NCBI GenBank assembly: GCA_041169005.1
Contig: JBEEJV010000047.1
Span: forward strand, 1 to 42,430
Origin: Actinomycetota bacterium
GTDB lineage: Bacteria; Actinomycetota; Actinomycetes; Actinomycetales; Microbacteriaceae
Direction of reading: 5' to 3'
DNA length: 42,430 nucleotides
Shown here: positions 31,155 through 40,017 of the stretch, one piece after another
Numbering within the stretch: the stretch's first letter is position 1
Layout: the number at the start of each line of letters is the position of its first letter
The notes under the pieces: model-generated
Seen by the model: the letters and a program-made list of their open reading frames with translations, nothing else
What the model was told of the DNA's origin: nothing
The model's database searches: none
Program-made: the position numbers and the translations under genes

Positions 31155-32813
31155 TTACATCCTCTCCGGTGCGCCAACGCCGAGCATGCTCAGACCGTTG
31201 CGGATTACCTGACCGGTGGCTTCGTTTAGCCAGAGGCGGGTGCGGTGGATGGTCTCAACCGGGTTTCCGCTGAGCGGAGTTACACGGCAGTTGTCGTACC
31301 AGCGGTGGTATGAGCCGGCGACCTCTTCGATGTAGCGAGCTACACGGTGAGGTTCGCGGAACTCGGCCGCCTGCGAGACCACGCGAGGGAACTCGGAGAG
31401 CTTTGCGAGTAGCTCGCTCTCCGATGCGTGGTTCAAAAGTTCTGGAGCGAACTCGCTGCGGTCGACGCCGAGCGAAACCGCGTTGTTTGCTACCTGACGG
31501 GTACGCGCGTGAGCGTACTGAACGTAGAAGACAGGGTTGTCGTTCGACTTCTTGGTCAACTGCTCGAGGTCGATGTCGAGCATCGAGTTTGCGCTTGAGC
31601 GAGCAAGAGCGTAGCGGCCGGCGTCGACACCAACAGCCTCGACGAGGTCTTCCATGGTGACCACAGTTCCAGCGCGCTTTGACATGCGGACCGGTTCGCC
31701 GTTGCGTACCAGGTTGACCAGCTGTCCGATAAGAATTTCCATGTTTACGCCAGGCTCATCGCCGAAGGCTGCGCAGAGCGCCATCATGCGTGGAACGTAA
31801 CCGTGGTGGTCTGCGCCGAGCATGTAGATGCAACGATCAAAACCGCGGCTGCGCTTGTCGAGGTAGTAGGCGATGTCGCCGGCGATGTAAGCAGCGTCGC
31901 CGTCCGACTTGATGATTACACGGTCACGGTCGTCGCCGAATTCGGTCGAACGCAGCCAGGTGGCGCCATCGGCTTCGAAGATGTGACCTAGTTCGCGCAG
32001 GCGCTCGATAGCCTTTGGAACCGCACCCGACTCGTAGAGCGAATTCTCGTGGAAGAAGACATCGAAGTCGACGCCGAAGTCGTGCAGGCTCTGACGGATC
32101 TCGCCGAACATGAGCTCTACGCCGTACTCGCGGAACTTTTCCTGTGCCTGATCGTCTGGAAGTGCAAGGATGTCGTCTGCGGTGCCAGCCAAAACGCGGT
32201 CCGCGATGTCCTGGATGTAGGCGCCGCCGTAACCGTCTTCAGGTGCGTCGAGACCGCGAGCGCGAGCCAAGAGGCTGCGTGCAAAGCGGTCGATCTGAGC
32301 ACCGTGGTCGTTGAAGTAGTACTCGCGAGTGACTTCGGCACCCTGAGCCTGAAGCACGCGTGCGAGCGAATCGCCGAGGGCTGCCCAACGGGTACCACCC
32401 ATGTGGATTGGGCCGGTTGGGTTGGCCGAGACGAACTCGAGGTTGATCTTTTGACCGGCAAGATCGGTGCCGGTACCGTATCCGGTTCCAGACTCGACGA
32501 TGGCCTTGGCAAGCTCCCCGGCCGCTGCAGCATCGAGAGTGATGTTGAGGAATCCAGGGCCAGCAATGTCTACCGATGCGATTCCCGAGACCGAGCGAAG
32601 TTCCGCTGCAACCAACTCAGCGAATGCTCGCGGGTTGGTGCCGAAAGCCTTCGAAAGCTGAAGTGCTGCATTGGTAGCCCAGTCGCCATGCTCTCGATTC
32701 TTTGGGCGTTCAATGACAACTTCTGCAGGCAGTTCGCCCGCGCCGAGCGACCCCGCCGCCTGAAGGGCAGCGATGATGCGCACGATGGCAGCAGATAGAT
32801 CTGCAGGTGTCAC
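31155..32813 (-). CDS. argS: Arginine--tRNA ligase
   Basis: [18 protein letters not shown] (HIGH), [24 protein letters not shown]. Start revised to GTG 32813 (MTPADL). Confidence 0.96.
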   Translation of the reverse strand: MTPADLSAAIVRIIAALQAAGSLGAGELPAEVVIERPKNREHGDWATNAALQLSKAFGTNPRAFAELVAAELRSVSGIASVDIAGPGFLNITLDAAAAGELAKAIVESGTGYGTGTDLAGQKINLEFVSANPTGPIHMGGTRWAALGDSLARVLQAQGAEVTREYYFNDHGAQIDRFARSLLARARGLDAPEDGYGGAYIQDIADRVLAGTADDILALPDDQAQEKFREYGVELMFGEIRQSLHDFGVDFDVFFHENSLYESGAVPKAIERLRELGHIFEADGATWLRSTEFGDDRDRVIIKSDGDAAYIAGDIAYYLDKRSRGFDRCIYMLGADHHGYVPRMMALCAAFGDEPGVNMEILIGQLVNLVRNGEPVRMSKRAGTVVTMEDLVEAVGVDAGRYALARSSANSMLDIDLEQLTKKSNDNPVFYVQYAHARTRQVANNAVSLGVDRSEFAPELLNHASESELLAKLSEFPRVVSQAAEFREPHRVARYIEEVAGSYHRWYDNCRVTPLSGNPVETIHRTRLWLNEATGQVIRNGLSMLGVGAPERM

Positions 32814-32909
32814 GGGAGTCCAATCGGATTTGAGGCTCAAACCTAAAGAATCTGGGGGCGAACATCGCAACAGTGCAAAGTGCCACATCCAAGAGATTTA
32901 GATGCTTAA

Positions 32910-32915
32910 AGCATA
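32910..32915 (-). promoter_or_regulatory. -10 box TATGCT of the argS-lysA-hom-thrC-thrB operon
   Basis: Minus strand cggTATGCTttaagc, about 95 nt upstream of the argS start. Confidence 0.5.
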
Positions 32916-32940
32916 CCGAATTAGGCTTCGCAGCGCCTTT

Positions 32941-33954
32941 TTAGGCTCTTGGAATGAGCCCACGAACCGGGTCGGCGGTTACCGGAATTGGATCCGATAG
33001 ATACCCCTCGAACTCGTTTTGAGCATTCTGCACGAAACCGATTAGGTTCCATTTGCCGTCTTTTCCCTTGATGATTCGACCGGCGTACACGAAGTCTTCG
33101 TTGAAGTCATACGGGTAGGCCTTGTTGAAATCAAGGTCACTCAGGTCGGGATTGACCACCAAACTGTAGGTCGCATCGTGCTTTCCGAGCTTTGCCAGAC
33201 GCTCCTGAGTGATGTCAGGCCAGGCGCAGCAGAAGACAAGAACGTGAACGCCGTCAACTTCTTCCAGCTGGAAAACTTCCATCTGATCGAAGCTCTGATC
33301 TGGTTCGCTCAGCGGAGCCTGCGTTGTCCAGTTCACCATGTCGGTACTGGTGGCGTGGCCGACAAATCCACGGTGCGGCCGGGTAAGCCCAGGAGCGTGC
33401 GGAGTGGTCAGCATGTGCCAAATCTGGTGTGGCTCGAAGCCTGGTTCGACGCCAACTGCGGCAGCACCGGTAGTGACGCCCTCAGGGAATCGGAATACCC
33501 AAGGATCGCGCCAGTTCACCTCGCGGCGCCCGTTCTCGTTGATCCAGTCCTCGTAACGCTCATCGGCGCGCGACAGTGCATCCTTGGAAACCTTGGTCCA
33601 AGTGATCAGATCTGGAGATGTGGCTGCACCGATCGACTGGATATCGCCACCATCGGCGCGACTGGTTCCGGTGTAGTAAAGCCACCACATGCCATCGTCT
33701 GCGCGCACGACCGAACCGGTCCAGGTGGTCCAGGAATCGAATGCTTCGTCTTCATCACTGACAATTAGGGCGTCTGGCAGGAGGGTCCAGTTTTTGAGAT
33801 CTGAACTTACAGCGTGACCGATGATTGGGTGGCGGTGACGACGGACTGGGTCGCCTAATGCCCTGCTGGCATGGAGGTAAAAAGCGTGGTGATTTTCGCC
33901 ATCAAAGACGAACCACGAGTCCCAAATCCATTTGTCCGGCAAACGCAAAGCCAT
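32941..33954 (-). CDS. Clan GH-J five-bladed beta-propeller glycosidase (GH32/GH68-like), no signal peptide
   Basis: WIWDSW (nucleophile), GHAVS.DL..W, WTGS, WRDP, QMEV (acid/base), YAGR. Confidence 0.8.
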   Translation of the reverse strand: MALRLPDKWIWDSWFVFDGENHHAFYLHASRALGDPVRRHRHPIIGHAVSSDLKNWTLLPDALIVSDEDEAFDSWTTWTGSVVRADDGMWWLYYTGTSRADGGDIQSIGAATSPDLITWTKVSKDALSRADERYEDWINENGRREVNWRDPWVFRFPEGVTTGAAAVGVEPGFEPHQIWHMLTTPHAPGLTRPHRGFVGHATSTDMVNWTTQAPLSEPDQSFDQMEVFQLEEVDGVHVLVFCCAWPDITQERLAKLGKHDATYSLVVNPDLSDLDFNKAYPYDFNEDFVYAGRIIKGKDGKWNLIGFVQNAQNEFEGYLSDPIPVTADPVRGLIPRA

Positions 33955-33977
33955 AAGTTTTCTCCAAGGTAGTCAAG

Positions 33978-33983
33978 TAGTCT
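33978..33983 (+). promoter_or_regulatory. -10 box TAGTCT for the tRNA-Arg(-dedA) transcript
   Basis: TANNNT hexamer 12 nt upstream of the tRNA 5' end. Confidence 0.55.
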
Positions 33984-33995
33984 TAAACCACCCTA

Positions 33996-34067
33996 GCCCC
34001 TATAGCTCAGGGGATAGAGCGTTGCCCTCCGAAGGCAAACGCGCAGGTTCGAGTCCTGCTAGGGGCA
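33996..34067 (+). tRNA. tRNA-Arg(CCG), CCA not encoded
   Basis: Acceptor GCCCCTA/TAGGGGC, D arm GCTC/GAGC, anticodon arm TTGCC-CTCCGAA-GGCAA, T arm GCAGG-TTCGAGT-CCTGC. Confidence 0.97.
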
Positions 34068-34068
34068 C

Positions 34069-34734
34069 ATGTTTGGAATAAGTTGGCTAGACCCGCAGAC
34101 GCTCATCACCGAGATGGGCGGATTTGCCGTGTTCGTTGTGCTCGCAATGGTTTTCACCGAAACCGGTTTGCTTGTGGGCTTCTTCTTGCCGGGTGATTCG
34201 CTGCTGTTTCTGACCGGTCTCGCCGCAGCTAACGGCTTCATCCACCTCGGTGGCTGGACCGTGCCGGTCTGGCTTATGTGCACGCTCATTTCGGTAACCG
34301 CATTCCTTGGCGACCAAACCGGGTACTTGATCGGACGCAAGAGTGGTCCGGCTATTTTCAATAAGCCAGAAAGTAAGCTCTTCAACCACAAAAATGTGGA
34401 AAAAACCCACGCCTTCTTTGAGCGCTATGGCTCACGCGCCATCATCTTGGCTCACTTTGTTCCAGTGATGCGCACTTTCGTTCCAGTAGCCGCCGGAATT
34501 GGTCAAATGCCATACAAGCAGTTCGTCCGATACAACGTAATCGGCGTCATCGGTTGGGGAACTGGAATTACCCTGCTAGGTGCGATTCTCGGCAAGATTC
34601 AAATCGTTGCAGATCACATCGAGCTCTTCACAATTGGCTTTGTAGTTTTGAGCACCATTCCTATTGCCATCGAGGCTTTGCGTGCACGACGCGAGGAGAT
34701 GGCTCGCGCTGAAGAGCGCGAAGCAAACGACTAA
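34069..34734 (+). CDS. dedA: DedA/VTT-domain membrane protein
   Basis: F.ETGLLVGFFLPGDSLLF, GDQTGY, FFERYG, FVPVMRTF. Confidence 0.92.
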   Translation: MFGISWLDPQTLITEMGGFAVFVVLAMVFTETGLLVGFFLPGDSLLFLTGLAAANGFIHLGGWTVPVWLMCTLISVTAFLGDQTGYLIGRKSGPAIFNKPESKLFNHKNVEKTHAFFERYGSRAIILAHFVPVMRTFVPVAAGIGQMPYKQFVRYNVIGVIGWGTGITLLGAILGKIQIVADHIELFTIGFVVLSTIPIAIEALRARREEMARAEEREAND

Positions 34735-34747
34735 GCCCGAGATTGAG

Positions 34748-35329
34748 CTACAGGCCGTATTCGACCAGGTAGGACGCCAGCTGCTCGAGTGCGAGTGAAC
34801 GGTGACTTAGCGAGTTCTTTACTTCAGGCTCTAACTGGGCCGCGGTTACTTCAAATCCCTCTGGGATGAACACTGGGTCGTAGCCAAACCCGTACTCACC
34901 CTGCTCTTCAGCAGCTATGGTCCCAGGCCAGATTCCGGTGAAGCTGATCTCGGCATCGGCGGTAACCAAAGCGATGGTGCAAACAAAACTGGCAGCGCGA
35001 TTCTCGGGCTTTACATCGGCCAACTGAGCAAGCAGCAACTGACGATTTGCCACGTTGTCACGGCCACCGGCCCAGCGCGCACTGAAGATTCCAGGCGCTC
35101 CTCCAAGAATCTCGACCGCGATTCCCGAGTCGTCGGCGAAGGATGGCTTTCCGGTGTGGGCGAAGGCAGCACGGGCCTTGATGAGCGCGTTTTCGAGGAA
35201 GCTAGTGCCATCCTCAACCGGCTCCGGTCCGTCATAGCCAAGCACGGTCAACTCTGGCACGGTAGCGCCTAGTATTGCGGCTACTTCGCCAACTTTGTGG
35301 GCGTTGTGAGTTGCTAGGACGAGTTCCAT
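34748..35329 (-). CDS. rdgB: dITP/XTP pyrophosphatase (RdgB/HAM1)
   Basis: ATHNAHK, ENALIKA, ADDSG, GAPGIFSAR, FGYDPVF, SHR. Confidence 0.95.
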   Translation of the reverse strand: MELVLATHNAHKVGEVAAILGATVPELTVLGYDGPEPVEDGTSFLENALIKARAAFAHTGKPSFADDSGIAVEILGGAPGIFSARWAGGRDNVANRQLLLAQLADVKPENRAASFVCTIALVTADAEISFTGIWPGTIAAEEQGEYGFGYDPVFIPEGFEVTAAQLEPEVKNSLSHRSLALEQLASYLVEYGL

Positions 35330-35341
35330 TGACCTGCCTGC

Positions 35342-36073
35342 CTAGTGCTTTTCGGCGAGCGCCACGGCCTGAATCTTGGCCAGTTCCTTGTTGCCAGCGA
35401 GCGCGATGTCAAGCAAACTGTTGAGCTCATCGCGGTCGAACGGGGCGCCCTCGGCGGTCCCCTGAACCTCGATAAACTTGCCGCCACCGGTTACGACAAC
35501 GTTCATGTCGGTCTCGGCGCGAACATCCTCGGTATAGGCAAGGTCTAGGAAGGGAACGCCATCGATGATGCCAACCGAAACTGCCGAAACCGAATCGGTA
35601 AGCACTTCGTTCTTGGCCGGGATGAGCTTGTTTGCCTTACCCCAGTTGATTGCGTCAACCAGGGCAACGTAGGCACCGGTGATTGCGGCGGTTCGGGTGC
35701 CGCCATCTGCCTGCAGGACATCGCAGTCAATGACGATGGTGTTTTCACCGAGCGCCTTCACGTCTACTACAGCACGAAGACTGCGACCGATAAGGCGTGA
35801 AATCTCGTGGGTGCGGCCGCCAATCTTGCCCTTTACGGCCTCGCGGTCATTTCGGTCATGGGTCGCGCGAGGAAGCATTGCATACTCGGCAGTTACCCAA
35901 CCTTCACCCTTGCCAACCTTCCAGCGTGGAACGCCTGACGTGAAAGATGCGGTACACAAGACCTTGGTGCCACCAAAACTGATCAGGGCCGAGCCTTCGG
36001 CGTGTGCATTCCAGCCGCGCTCGATAGTGATTGGGCGGAGGTCATTGGCGCTTCGGCCATCGATGCGAGTCAA
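35342..36073 (-). CDS. rph: Ribonuclease PH
   Basis: [32 protein letters not shown]. Confidence 0.96.
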   Translation of the reverse strand: MTRIDGRSANDLRPITIERGWNAHAEGSALISFGGTKVLCTASFTSGVPRWKVGKGEGWVTAEYAMLPRATHDRNDREAVKGKIGGRTHEISRLIGRSLRAVVDVKALGENTIVIDCDVLQADGGTRTAAITGAYVALVDAINWGKANKLIPAKNEVLTDSVSAVSVGIIDGVPFLDLAYTEDVRAETDMNVVVTGGGKFIEVQGTAEGAPFDRDELNSLLDIALAGNKELAKIQAVALAEKH

Positions 36074-36116
36074 GATTTTCCTTTGTTTGCGAAAGCGTTG
36101 AATGGGCTCTGACGAG

Positions 36117-36998
36117 CTAACTGTGTTCCGGGGTAATCGGAATCGCGGTGGTATCGGCCACCTCGTAAATCACGGCGTGCGAGGCGGTCATGTCGTTAGG
36201 CAGATGCTCAACATTCGTCACCTCTGGACCTAGGAAGCGGCGGGCTAGTTTGCCGAACGGCTTTGCGTCTCCAGTTGCTTGGAAGCGCAGGGTCGGAGCC
36301 GCGGTGCTGGTGCGCAGCAGGTTGTGGGCCACCAGAGTGCGGTAAACATCTTTGGCAGTTTCCTCAGCCGAGGAAACCAGCGTTACCTCATCGCCCATGA
36401 CGTAGCTAATCGCGCCAGTGAGCAGTGGATAGTGGGTACAGCCAAGAACTAGAGTGTCTACGCCAGCGGCCTTGATTGGAGCTAGGTACTGTTCCGCTGC
36501 CTTCATGATTTCCGGCCCGGAAGTAATTCCGTTCTCGACAAAATCGACGAATGCTGGGCAGGCGGCACTGGTTATCTGAAGATCTACCGCGGCCGCAAAC
36601 GCATCATCGTAGGCGCGCGAAGTGATTGTTGCGTTGGTTCCGATTACGCCAACCTTGTGATTGCGAGTGGCCGCCACGGCACGACGAACAGCCGGTTGGA
36701 TTACCTCGACAACCGGAATACTGCGACCAACCGTGTAACGTTCGCGGGCATCACGGAGCACCGCTGCGCTGGCAGAGTTACAGGCAATCACCAAGACTTT
36801 GACGCCCTCATCGACGAGGCGATCCATCACTCCGAGAGCGAGTTCACGGACTAGTTGGATGCTCTTGGGTCCATACGGAGAGTTCGCAGTGTCACCTACG
36901 TAGATGATTGACTCATTAGGCAGCTGATCGATGATTGCGCGGGCTACGGTAAGCCCACCCACTCCCGAGTCGAAAATACCTATTGGTGCGTCGTTCAC
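36117..36998 (-). CDS. murI: Glutamate racemase
   Basis: DSGVGG, PYG, IACNSA, LGCTHY. Start GTG 36998 lies 7 nt below a TAAACT -10 at 37006-37011. Confidence 0.95.
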   Translation of the reverse strand: MNDAPIGIFDSGVGGLTVARAIIDQLPNESIIYVGDTANSPYGPKSIQLVRELALGVMDRLVDEGVKVLVIACNSASAAVLRDARERYTVGRSIPVVEVIQPAVRRAVAATRNHKVGVIGTNATITSRAYDDAFAAAVDLQITSAACPAFVDFVENGITSGPEIMKAAEQYLAPIKAAGVDTLVLGCTHYPLLTGAISYVMGDEVTLVSSAEETAKDVYRTLVAHNLLRTSTAAPTLRFQATGDAKPFGKLARRFLGPEVTNVEHLPNDMTASHAVIYEVADTTAIPITPEHS

Positions 36999-37052
36999 AG
37001 TCACGAGTTTACCGTCGGCAGGCCGCTGTTACGCCTTCTGGCTTTGCTAAAC

Positions 37053-37394
37053 CTAGTTTGCGCTGCCGGCGCCGTCTCCCGAACCTGAGTTTCCGGCACC
37101 GCCATTTTTGTCGGCAGGCAGCTCAGGACGAAGGCCCTCGTAGATTTCCTTGCAGGTTGGGCAGACAGGGAACTTCTGCGGGTCTCGCCCAGGAACCCAA
37201 ACCTTGCCGCAGAGAGCGGTGACCGGGTGACCTAGCACCGCGCTCTCAACAATCTTTTCCTTGCGAACGTAGTGCGAGTAGCGTTCGTGGTCGCCAGGCT
37301 CAATGATCTCTTGCACTTCGCGTTCAAGCAGCGTGCTGTTTGCGGTCTGGCCGCCTACGCCCTCTGCGCCGAAATCACCCTGTTCCAAGCCCAT
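37053..37394 (-). CDS. DUF3039 family small Cys/His protein
   Basis: GDHERYSHYV..ALCGKVWVP.RDP..FPVCPTCKEIY; start ATG 37394 with SD GAAAGG. Confidence 0.85.
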   Translation of the reverse strand: MGLEQGDFGAEGVGGQTANSTLLEREVQEIIEPGDHERYSHYVRKEKIVESAVLGHPVTALCGKVWVPGRDPQKFPVCPTCKEIYEGLRPELPADKNGGAGNSGSGDGAGSAN

Positions 37395-37447
37395 TGACTT
37401 ACCTTTCGCTAACTCTGTTTCGCCCACTAAAGGGCACGCCTACAAGG

Positions 37448-38686
37448 CTACTTGAGGTTTACCGCGTCACCCAAGGTGACCTGAATCTCCTGCGGCACGC
37501 CAGCACGAAGAACCGTGAGTGTTACTTGAGTGTTAGGCGCGAGTAGTCGAACCGCCGCGGTTAGGTCTTGGGCCGAGTTGATGGTTCGCCCATCGAGCTT
37601 GGTTACGACGTCTCCAACTTTGAGGCCGGACTTTGCCGCTGGGCCGCCAGGCATGAGCTTTGAAACCTTTGCGCCGATGCTTACAGCTGCATCCGACTTT
37701 GAGCTCATCGCGTCGGTGATATAGGCACCAAGCATTGCGTGCTTTGCCTTGCCAGTCTTCATGATTTCCTGAGCAATGCGATGAGCGTTATTAGCAGGAA
37801 TGGCGAAACCTACGCCAATGGATCCCGCCTGCGAGAAACTCGCGCTTCCGGCCGATGCGATTGCCACATTGATACCAACCACTTCGCCTCGGTCATTGAG
37901 CAGCGCACCGCCCGAGTTTCCTGGGTTGATAGCCGCATCGGTTTGGATAACGCTTAGGTTGATCGCGTCGGCAGCGCTCGCATTTCCAAGCATCTGAAGG
38001 CTACCGCTGGTTGCACCGTTTTCTGGGGCAGCCGAGTTTGCGACCTGAATGCTGCGATTGAGAGCGCTGACGATACCGCTTGTGACTGTAGCGTCGAGCC
38101 CAAGCGGCGAACCGATTGCTACAACGCTGTCTCCAACGTTGATCTGGTCACTGTTTGCAAACGATGCTGGGACGAGCGGGGCAATCGGATTGATTTTGAT
38201 AACGGCAAGGTCGTTTGTAGGGTCTGTGCCCACAATGGTTGCCGAGTAGACCTTGTCGTCTGCGGTGCGAACTTCGATAGCAGCGTTGCCCGTGGCGCCT
38301 TCCATCGTGACAACGTGAGTGTTGGTCAGGATGTAGCCATCTTTGGTAAGGACTACGCCCGAGCCGCTTCCTCCCTGAGTGCTGTCTCCCACCGAGATAG
38401 TGACTACTGAAGGCGCAGCCTTTTGCGAAACTGCCGTGACCCAGTTGACACGTTGTGCATTATTGACGATTACAGTGCTGTTTCCGCCTGTGACAACCGA
38501 GGTTGCGATTGCGGTTCCAGCGCCTACCGCGCCACCGACCACGGCACCAACAACTATTCCGGTGGCTACTACTGATCCGCCAAGCTTGTTGATCACAAGC
38601 TGCCTTGTCGACGGCTTAGGAGCCTCAGGCTGTCGTGGGGTTTCAAACGCGAACTGTGCGTTGTAGTGACTGTTTGGGACTGTCAA
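37448..38686 (-). CDS. htrA: Membrane-anchored HtrA/PepD-like serine protease with PDZ domain
   Basis: TNTHV, DLAV, TDAAINPGNSGG, C-terminal PDZ. Start revised to TTG 38686 with SD GGAAAGG. Confidence 0.92.
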   Translation of the reverse strand: MTVPNSHYNAQFAFETPRQPEAPKPSTRQLVINKLGGSVVATGIVVGAVVGGAVGAGTAIATSVVTGGNSTVIVNNAQRVNWVTAVSQKAAPSVVTISVGDSTQGGSGSGVVLTKDGYILTNTHVVTMEGATGNAAIEVRTADDKVYSATIVGTDPTNDLAVIKINPIAPLVPASFANSDQINVGDSVVAIGSPLGLDATVTSGIVSALNRSIQVANSAAPENGATSGSLQMLGNASAADAINLSVIQTDAAINPGNSGGALLNDRGEVVGINVAIASAGSASFSQAGSIGVGFAIPANNAHRIAQEIMKTGKAKHAMLGAYITDAMSSKSDAAVSIGAKVSKLMPGGPAAKSGLKVGDVVTKLDGRTINSAQDLTAAVRLLAPNTQVTLTVLRAGVPQEIQVTLGDAVNLK

Positions 38687-38735
38687 CTTCTTACCTTTCC
38701 AGACTTTGGACTTGCCACAATGATGACTAATAAGC

Positions 38736-38774
38736 CTGAATGAATACTGAGAACAGCCTAGATGGTTGCTGAGT
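38736..38774 (-). promoter_or_regulatory. Four hexamer direct repeats at 11-bp period (MprA/OmpR-type boxes) upstream of htrA
   Basis: Minus strand ACTCAG-N5-ATCTAG-N5-TCTCAG-N5-ATTCAG. Confidence 0.6.
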
Positions 38775-38810
38775 GTTTTATGTTGGCGCTTCACGACTGG
38801 ATAGCACCCG

Positions 38811-39767
38811 CTATGGAGTTGTAAGCAACACCACCTTTTTTGCCGAACCCGACGCTGAGTCGCCAACAGCAATTGAAACCGGACTCGATTCGAGGACGAT
38901 CCGATCTGGATCCTTAAGCCAGTTGCCCGACGCGAGTCTGTACGCGATAACAAAAGTTGTTCGCAGGCGCACAGGATAAGTTCCGTTTCGGAGGTACGCG
39001 TGGGCTACCTGCGGGTGCGAAACCGCCGCATCTGATCCCTGCCCGTCGCCAAAATGCCAATCCAAAGCCACCGGAGTGAACTGCACAAGCACTGGGTGCC
39101 CTAGCAATTTGCTGTTGCCAAGTACCCGCTTTGGTTTTGTGGTTAGCTCGACTATTTGCCCGATCCTGATACTGGTACCAGGCGCCACTTCAATCTGCGA
39201 GGTACGTGGCCTAAAGACCGCGCGGTCTGCAAAGGATTTGGATGTGGCTCGCGGTTTCGGCCGGAGGATCGGCTTAGTTTTCTGGACTGGCCTTGGATGC
39301 GTGCTAACTCTAGGTATCGCAACTTTGGGACGTTTGACGATCACTTTGGGAAGTTTTGTTGGCCTAGTCGATGGTTTGACCACCACCCGAACCGGGGCCT
39401 TGGGTTTGGAAACGTTCAGCAACTTCTTGCGGAGACTCGAGTTCAGGCAGATAGTCACTAGGTCGCCATCTACCTGAGAACCGATGGTTGCGTTCTTAGA
39501 TTTGGCCCCGACATTTCTACAGGTGGGAGTGGTGGCATGAGCATGGGCATTATTGTGGCCGAAGACCAGAACCCCAACTAAAACGAAGATTCTCAGATAG
39601 AAGATTGCCCGGGTTCTCGATCCAGAGCTCGGTCGCGTTAGTTTCGGTGTATTCAGTTTCAGTGTCTTCAGCTTCAGTGTCTTGAGGTTCAGCGGCTGAC
39701 TTTTTGGCAGCGATTTTTTTAGAGACTTGATACTGGGTAGTTGGCACCTTGATTGCTTTATTCGCAT
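38811..39767 (-). CDS. Hypothetical, highly basic exported/membrane-anchored protein with a C-terminal PKD-like domain
   Basis: Hydrophobic helix followed by AHA sites, Cys pair, K/R/P-rich linker, WHFGDG...HAY...GTYPV; TACTTT-N6-ATG upstream (39774-39779). Confidence 0.65.
   Translation of the reverse strand: MRIKQSRCQLPSIKSLKKSLPKSQPLNLKTLKLKTLKLNTPKLTRPSSGSRTRAIFYLRIFVLVGVLVFGHNNAHAHATTPTCRNVGAKSKNATIGSQVDGDLVTICLNSSLRKKLLNVSKPKAPVRVVVKPSTRPTKLPKVIVKRPKVAIPRVSTHPRPVQKTKPILRPKPRATSKSFADRAVFRPRTSQIEVAPGTSIRIGQIVELTTKPKRVLGNSKLLGHPVLVQFTPVALDWHFGDGQGSDAAVSHPQVAHAYLRNGTYPVRLRTTFVIAYRLASGNWLKDPDRIVLESSPVSIAVGDSASGSAKKVVLLTTP
39633..39692. repeat. 15-bp tandem repeat, 4 degenerate copies
   Basis: TCGCGTTAGTTTCGG TGTATTCAGTTTCAG TGTCTTCAGCTTCAG TGTCTTGAGGTTCAG. 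Confidence 0.75.
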
Positions 39768-39869
39768 TGCAACAAAGTACGTGAGAAGCGAACCTATGAC
39801 TTTTGATTCTCCACAGGCAGTCGCCGATGGTGACTTAAGAGTGCGGGGGTCAACTGCCAGTTAAAGAGC

Positions 39870-39897
39870 GAAGCCCCTGTGAGCAAACAGGGGCTTC
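39870..39897 (-). terminator. Terminator hairpin downstream of tRNA-fMet
   Basis: GAAGCCCCTGT-gagcaa-ACAGGGGCTTC, followed on the minus strand by gctcttt. Confidence 0.75.
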
Positions 39898-39900
39898 TAT

Positions 39901-39977
39901 TGGTTGCGGGGGCAGGATTTGAACCTACGACCTCCGGGTTATGAGCCCGGCGAGCTACCGAACTGCTCCACCCCGCG
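39901..39977 (-). tRNA. Initiator tRNA-fMet(CAT), CCA encoded
   Basis: CGCGGGGTGGAGCAGTTCGGTAGCTCGCCGGGCTCATAACCCGGAGGTCGTAGGTTCAAATCCTGCCCCCGCAACCA; C1:A72 mismatch, GGG/CCC anticodon stem. Confidence 0.98.
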
Positions 39978-39988
39978 GCGAAGTCTCA

Positions 39989-40017
39989 ACTCTACCACAG
40001 AGCGGGGTTATTTGCTA
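39989..40017 (-). promoter_or_regulatory. tRNA-fMet promoter: TAGCAA-N17-TAGAGT with extended -10
   Basis: Minus strand TAGCAA ataaccccgctctgtgg TAGAGT; the -35 overlaps the UPF0182 stop codon. Confidence 0.6.

Noticed and set aside
32814-32888. In-frame upstream ATG extending ArgS by 25 aa, or a leader peptide
   Set aside because: No SD, not ArgRS-like, and no run of regulatory Arg/Lys/Thr codons
38687-38953. N-terminal extension of HtrA overlapping the PKD gene
   Set aside because: Covers the regulatory boxes; the SD supports TTG 38686
39633-39692. Tandem repeat as a possible CRISPR or iteron array
   Set aside because: Contiguous degenerate 15-mers without spacers; no cas or rep genes
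39842-39849. TGCGGGGG matching the tRNA-fMet 3' end as a possible att remnant
   Set aside because: Only 8 bp, no integrase or island boundary visible
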